64,000 bases of DNA. Source: Bdellovibrionales bacterium. GTDB lineage: Bacteria > Bdellovibrionota > FAC87 > UBA2466. A model generated the notes under the pieces. The model was not told where the DNA came from, ran no database searches, and worked only from the letters and a program-made list of their open reading frames with translations. The stretch spans positions 9,824 to 73,823 of the forward strand of contig SHZA01000001.1 in NCBI GenBank assembly GCA_009692515.1, in the 5' to 3' direction. Below, one piece after another: positions 59,902 through 64,000 of this stretch. The position numbers and the translations under genes were made by a program. Each line of letters starts with the position of its first letter. Within the stretch, counting starts at the first letter, position 1.

Positions 59902-60447
59902 TCAGCCATCGGTTAGGCCGTGAAGAACGACTACGATTTCATGTTTTCTCAGATCGATCCAAATCAAAGCACTCGCCTCTACACTAGGAGCCCAATAGGT
60001 AGCACTATCAAGATAGACCCGATTATTTTTCAGATTACTTTTTAAGCTTTTAGAAAACAGAGAAATAAACTTCTCAAAATTCCGAATCGCCAACTTAGAA
60101 GGACCGTCTTCTAAGGTTAAAGCCCCCTGCTTAGCATTGGCTAAATGAAGATTTAAACTCTCGCGAATCACTTTACTGCCCTGTTTTGAAGTTGTTAACT
60201 GGCTAGACAACTCAAGATCGGTTTTTATAAACCTTTTAGCTTGCTCTAATGTGAGTTCAATAAAGTGATATTTATGCACCTGGGGGCACAGGGCCAACTC
60301 CTTAAGCTCGCTCTCTAGGGGTAAACAACGCGCACTCACAAGTGTTTCTAATTCCACGTTTAGAACCCCACCTTTGGAGTTATCCCCCCTTAAATTAGTG
60401 TTCAATAAAACAAATAAAACCAATAAAAACAATATATTACAATTCAT
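59902..60447 (-). CDS. Exported hypothetical protein
   Basis: ATG at 60447 with GAGG RBS; hydrophobic N-terminus. Confidence 0.6.
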   Translation of the reverse strand: MNCNILFLLVLFVLLNTNLRGDNSKGGVLNVELETLVSARCLPLESELKELALCPQVHKYHFIELTLEQAKRFIKTDLELSSQLTTSKQGSKVIRESLNLHLANAKQGALTLEDGPSKLAIRNFEKFISLFSKSLKSNLKNNRVYLDSATYWAPSVEASALIWIDLRKHEIVVVLHGLTDG

Positions 60448-60511
60448 AGTTACCTCAGATAAAATTACTAAGGCCGACACTAACTCAACGCATTAAGTAT
60501 TTCAAGGGGGG

Positions 60512-61150
60512 TCAGTGAATGGGTTTATTAGGCAGCTCATTAGGGTTCTCACCCGTCGCAGGAAAGTATTGGGCTAATAGGTTGCCCATCTCTTGAATGG
60601 CCTTTGCCATAGCTTGACCGGCAGCCTTGGTTTTAATTCCCTGCACAATTTCTTTGACCTGAATATCCCAAGTTTCTGAGCCCACCTTTTTATTAATTCC
60701 AGAATCGGCGAGAATTTGCACTCGCCTTTCAAACTCTGAAACAAAGATCAAAATTCCAGTCGCCTCTTTCGTTTGGGCTAACCCCTGTGCTGTAAACTCT
60801 CTTAAAGCCCTAAAATAAACCTTTTTTTCTAACTGTCGGAAAGAGATGAGATATCTAGAAACGATTGGAAATGAGGTGACTATTAATCCGATAACTAAGG
60901 TTGCTAATGGCCATTCCCAAAGGGGAATAGATTCCTCCGAAAATCCTAAAAATCGATTTTCTAAAACAGCAATTCCAGTTCCCATCACTGTAAAAAAGAT
61001 AGCACGTAATAAATAGTGTTCCCAAAATGTGGCCGATTTTTTAACGACCATCATGACAATTTCACCACGACTTTTAACTTCAGCTTGTTGAATAGCCTTC
61101 TCAATCAGCTGAAAATCTCCTTCGGAAAAGTATTGATAGTCTTTCACCAT
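60512..61150 (-). CDS. TPM-domain membrane protein
   Basis: AEVKSRGEI, GILIFVS..ERRVQILADSGI, NPNELPN. Confidence 0.88.
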   Translation of the reverse strand: MVKDYQYFSEGDFQLIEKAIQQAEVKSRGEIVMMVVKKSATFWEHYLLRAIFFTVMGTGIAVLENRFLGFSEESIPLWEWPLATLVIGLIVTSFPIVSRYLISFRQLEKKVYFRALREFTAQGLAQTKEATGILIFVSEFERRVQILADSGINKKVGSETWDIQVKEIVQGIKTKAAGQAMAKAIQEMGNLLAQYFPATGENPNELPNKPIH

Positions 61151-61884
61151 GATCCTGAAGACCCCCCCCCACCAAAACCACCGCCTCCACCGCCCCCAAA
61201 ACCACCGCCACCACCCCAGCTACCCCCACCGCCAAATCCCCCTCCACCCCAGTGAGAGGTTCCATTCCGACCTAGTCGACGATAGGAAGGCCCCAAAAAC
61301 AGATTCTTCAAACAAAAAATTCCCATAATCAAAAGAAAGATAAGATTCCTTATCAACATAAAATGTTTCTTTTTAGCTGAAGCAGGTTCAGGAATTGGAG
61401 TTCCAGATTTTAAAACTTGCGTTTCCACTACCGATAAAATGGTGTCGATTCCAGAACGATAATCTTGTCGTCTAAATTCATCTCTAACTAAAGCTAAAAT
61501 CTGTCGGGTTTTAGCATCTGGTAGGTCTCCCTCTAAACCATAACCCACCTCTAAGCGAGACTTTCGATCCTTAATGGCCAAAAGAATTAAAACACCGCGA
61601 TCACTTCCCTTTTTACCTAATTTCCAATTCTCTACTACTTTTAAAGCAAAAGGAGCAATATCCTCCCCTTCAAGCGTAGAGGTTATTAAGAGCGCAGCCT
61701 GAACGTTCGCCTTACTATTTAACTGAATAATTTTTTGACCGAGATAGTCCTGATCTGTTCTTGATAAATAGTTCTCTGGATCTACTACCCAACCCGAAAA
61801 AGAGGGAACCCCTATAGAAAAAAGCTGCCCCTGCAAAATGACGAACACAAAACTTAATAAAACTTTGAATTTGAAAAATTTCAA
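61144..61884 (-). CDS. TPM-domain protein (YgcG-like) with a Gly-rich tail
   Basis: WKLGKKG.DRGVL, EVGYGLEG.LPD, GGGFGGGGSSGSW. Confidence 0.9.
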   Translation of the reverse strand: MKFFKFKVLLSFVFVILQGQLFSIGVPSFSGWVVDPENYLSRTDQDYLGQKIIQLNSKANVQAALLITSTLEGEDIAPFALKVVENWKLGKKGSDRGVLILLAIKDRKSRLEVGYGLEGDLPDAKTRQILALVRDEFRRQDYRSGIDTILSVVETQVLKSGTPIPEPASAKKKHFMLIRNLIFLLIMGIFCLKNLFLGPSYRRLGRNGTSHWGGGGFGGGGSWGGGGGFGGGGGGGFGGGGSSGSW

Positions 61885-61886
61885 AT

Positions 61887-62474
61887 TTAGAATTCTACTT
61901 TCGGAGTTTCTTTTACCTTTTCAGCCACACTAAAAGTTTCTCTAACTTGCAAATGAAGTAAATATTGGGCGGTTAAATTTGTAGGAAAAGATCTCACCGT
62001 TTTATTAAACTCAGCTACTGTTTGGATATATCTATTTCTTGCTACCGCAATTCTATTTTCAGTCCCTTCTAATTGAGACTGAAGATCTCGAAATGATTCA
62101 TTAGCTTTGAGATCAGGATATTTTTCAACCACCACCATGAGTTTTGACAACGCTCCACTCAAAGAATCCTGAGCAGCTTGAAACTTTTTAAAATTTCCGG
62201 CGTCAGAAAGATTACTAACTTTAATCTCAGTCGACGTTGCCTTAGCACGAGCGCTAATGACCCCTTCTAGCGTCTCCTTTTCATGTTTAGCATAACCCTT
62301 AACGGTATTAACAAGGTTAGGAATCAAATCGTAGCGTCGTTGGTATTGATTTTCCACTTCACTCCAACCGGCTTTTACATCCTCATCTAAAGATTGAAGC
62401 GAATTGTAACCACATTGTGGAATAAAAATAAGAGTAAGTGCGAGTAAGAGATTACGAAGGGAAAAATAATTCAT
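61887..62474 (-). CDS. lemA: LemA family protein
   Basis: QYQRRYDLIPNLVNTVKGYA.HE, YPDLKAN, LEGTENRI. Confidence 0.95.
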   Translation of the reverse strand: MNYFSLRNLLLALTLIFIPQCGYNSLQSLDEDVKAGWSEVENQYQRRYDLIPNLVNTVKGYAKHEKETLEGVISARAKATSTEIKVSNLSDAGNFKKFQAAQDSLSGALSKLMVVVEKYPDLKANESFRDLQSQLEGTENRIAVARNRYIQTVAEFNKTVRSFPTNLTAQYLLHLQVRETFSVAEKVKETPKVEF

Positions 62475-62546
62475 GCTATGACTCCATTCTAAAAAAGAAC
62501 AGAATCATAGCATCAAGACATTATTACACCAAGATTTTAGCTTGCC

Positions 62547-62921
62547 TTATCGGTAATAAGGATACTGTGGGTACTGGTAACCGTAATTTGGATACCATTT
62601 CTGTGGATAACCGTAGTTTGGATACTGTTGTTGTGGGTAACCGTAGTTTGGATACTGTTGCTGTGGATACTGTTGTTGTGGGTACTGTTGCTGTGGATAC
62701 TGTTGCTGTGGATACTGTTGCTGTGGGTACTGTTGCTGTGGGTACTGTTGCTGTGGGTACTGTTGCTGCGGAAAATTAGGTTGAAGATACCCATTGGCAT
62801 TATAGTTAGGACAGTTGGGATTTGAAGTATTCACCCCCTGCGGACAATCATTATTATTGCCTCCACAAGAACTAAGTAATAGCCCTACTACCAAAAGAGA
62901 AGCTGCAAAAATTTTTTTCAT
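62547..62921 (-). CDS. Lipoprotein with PQQQY/PNYGY tandem repeats
   Basis: Lipobox LSSC; a Cys pair; 8 consecutive PQQQY then alternating PNYGY. Confidence 0.8.
   Translation of the reverse strand: MKKIFAASLLVVGLLLSSCGGNNNDCPQGVNTSNPNCPNYNANGYLQPNFPQQQYPQQQYPQQQYPQQQYPQQQYPQQQYPQQQYPQQQYPNYGYPQQQYPNYGYPQKWYPNYGYQYPQYPYYR
62577..62771 (-). repeat. Coding 15-bp tandem repeat
   Basis: tactgttgctgtgg(g/a) units on the + strand. Confidence 0.93.
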
Positions 62922-62973
62922 AATCTGTCCTAGTCTCTGCTCATGTAAAATACATTAAGCTAATCACCAGTAG

Positions 62974-62989
62974 AGCAAATGGTAAGCCA
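62974..62989 (-). promoter_or_regulatory. sigma54-type promoter upstream of the PQQQY lipoprotein
   Basis: Minus strand TGGCTTACCATTTGCT (GG-N10-GC, TTGCT), 53 nt before the ATG. Confidence 0.6.
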
Positions 62990-63129
62990 ATACTGCTCTC
63001 TAGCTGAATTCAACCCGTATTGTGAAAATTGACGTAACTTTCAAGACAATAATGACAATTCACGGCATTTAACTACTAAAGAAAGTACTCTCAAGCGATA
63101 ATTAACAAAATGAATAAAGAGGTAATCCT

Positions 63130-63759
63130 ATGACTAATCAATTGATAGGCCTCAATACTTGTGGTTGTAAAAAAACAAAACACCCGTTTTCAAAAATTGT
63201 AATCACAGGTGGCCCAGGTGCTGGTAAGTCTGCTATTTCAGAGGTAGCAAAGATCCAATTATGTTCTCATGTAGCCGTTCTGCCTGAAGCTGCAACCCTC
63301 CTATTTCAAGGTGGATTTTGGCGCGAAACCACTATTAATGGTAGAGAATCGGCACAAAGAACTATTTTTCATATTCAAAGAGAGATGGAGCGTTTTGTAA
63401 AGCGAGAAAAAAAATACTCCATTGCCATTTGCGATCGAGGAACTCTGGATGGACTAGCTTACTGGCCGAATTCTCCCGCCTCTTTTTTTAAAAACTTAAA
63501 TACCTCCCGCTCAGAAGAGCTTTTAAGTTATTCCGCAGTGATTCACTTAAGAACTCCTTCGGAAAACAAGGGCTATAATCTCCAGAATTCCATGAGAGTT
63601 GAAAGTGCTAAAGAGGCTAGGCTAATCGATAAAAAAATAGAAAAGGCATGGGAAGGCCATCCTCGTAGATTTTTTATCGACAGCACTAAAAGCTTCATGG
63701 AGAAAATAGAAAATACTCTGATTATCTTAAGGCAAGAGATTCCGGCTTGTTGTAGTTAA
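63130..63759 (+). CDS. AAA_28 (NadR/Ttd14-like) P-loop NTPase
   Basis: IVITGGPGAGKS, LPEAAT, CDRGTLDG.AY. Confidence 0.85.
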   Translation: MTNQLIGLNTCGCKKTKHPFSKIVITGGPGAGKSAISEVAKIQLCSHVAVLPEAATLLFQGGFWRETTINGRESAQRTIFHIQREMERFVKREKKYSIAICDRGTLDGLAYWPNSPASFFKNLNTSRSEELLSYSAVIHLRTPSENKGYNLQNSMRVESAKEARLIDKKIEKAWEGHPRRFFIDSTKSFMEKIENTLIILRQEIPACCS

Positions 63760-63801
63760 ATGAGTAGACTTCTAAAGAATTGTTATCGATGATGGGCACC
63801 T

Positions 63802-64000
63802 ATGAAGAGTTGTGTTTGGGGATTCCTTTTTCTTTTTAGTCATCTAATTTTTGCGCTACCTAATGACACGCTTTCAGAACTTCCCGAGAACTCAATTCCT
63901 GAATTCACTAAAATAATCATTGGCCTAGATTTAGAGTTATTAATTCCTGATAATTTATCAGGTCTATCCTTACCTCAAACACTCACAGGCCCTCAATTGG
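63802..64000 (+). CDS. Partial exported hypothetical protein (runs off the window)
   Basis: ATG at 63802, MKSCVWGFLFLFSHLIFA signal-like sequence, open to the window end. Confidence 0.5.
   Translation, partial: MKSCVWGFLFLFSHLIFALPNDTLSELPENSIPEFTKIIIGLDLELLIPDNLSGLSLPQTLTGPQL

Noticed and set aside
61016..61255. Poly-Pro ORF / C-rich tract
   Set aside because: Antisense of the Gly-rich tail normal for TPM (YgcG-like) proteins.
62577..62771. Short tandem repeats (also 56474-56674 and 15925-16830) as a possible CRISPR array
   Set aside because: Head-to-tail coding repeats with no unique spacers and no cas genes.

Overview
AT-rich bacterial chromosomal segment whose gene content and synteny suggest Bdellovibrionota/Oligoflexia (inference). 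In order it holds: (1) the distal part of a Tad/Flp pilus locus (2 TadE-like, 2 CpaB, secretin, a CpaE-TadA fusion, TadB), then a toxin-less YD/RHS-repeat protein and a small ORF, resembling the Bdellovibrio hit locus; (2) a 1201-aa Fe-S flavoprotein fusion; (3) an M4 protease with recently duplicated FN3 repeats; (4) an amine/polyamine catabolic cluster (Cu amine oxidase, APC permease, ALDH, GabT); (5) prs-rplY-pth-ychF; (6) a CheY plus a strongly rearranged CheA-like kinase (CheX-like/P3/P4/Hpt/CheX-like/CheX, no CheW domain) behind a consensus sigma54 site and a structured leader; (7) metabolic genes (agmatinase, flavodoxin fusion, subtilase, scoAB, fadD); (8) a Tgt fused to an MnmC-like methyltransferase; (9) a metal uptake operon lacking an ATPase and an OprP-like porin; (10) tRNA-Arg(UCU) beside a decayed foreign-looking stretch, and ileS; (11) two lipoproteins with Pro-Gln-Gln-Tyr tandem repeats, each behind a sigma54-type site; (12) a LemA-TPM-TPM operon. 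No CRISPR array, intact transposase or rRNA was seen. All family assignments come from motif recognition by eye; no searches were run.
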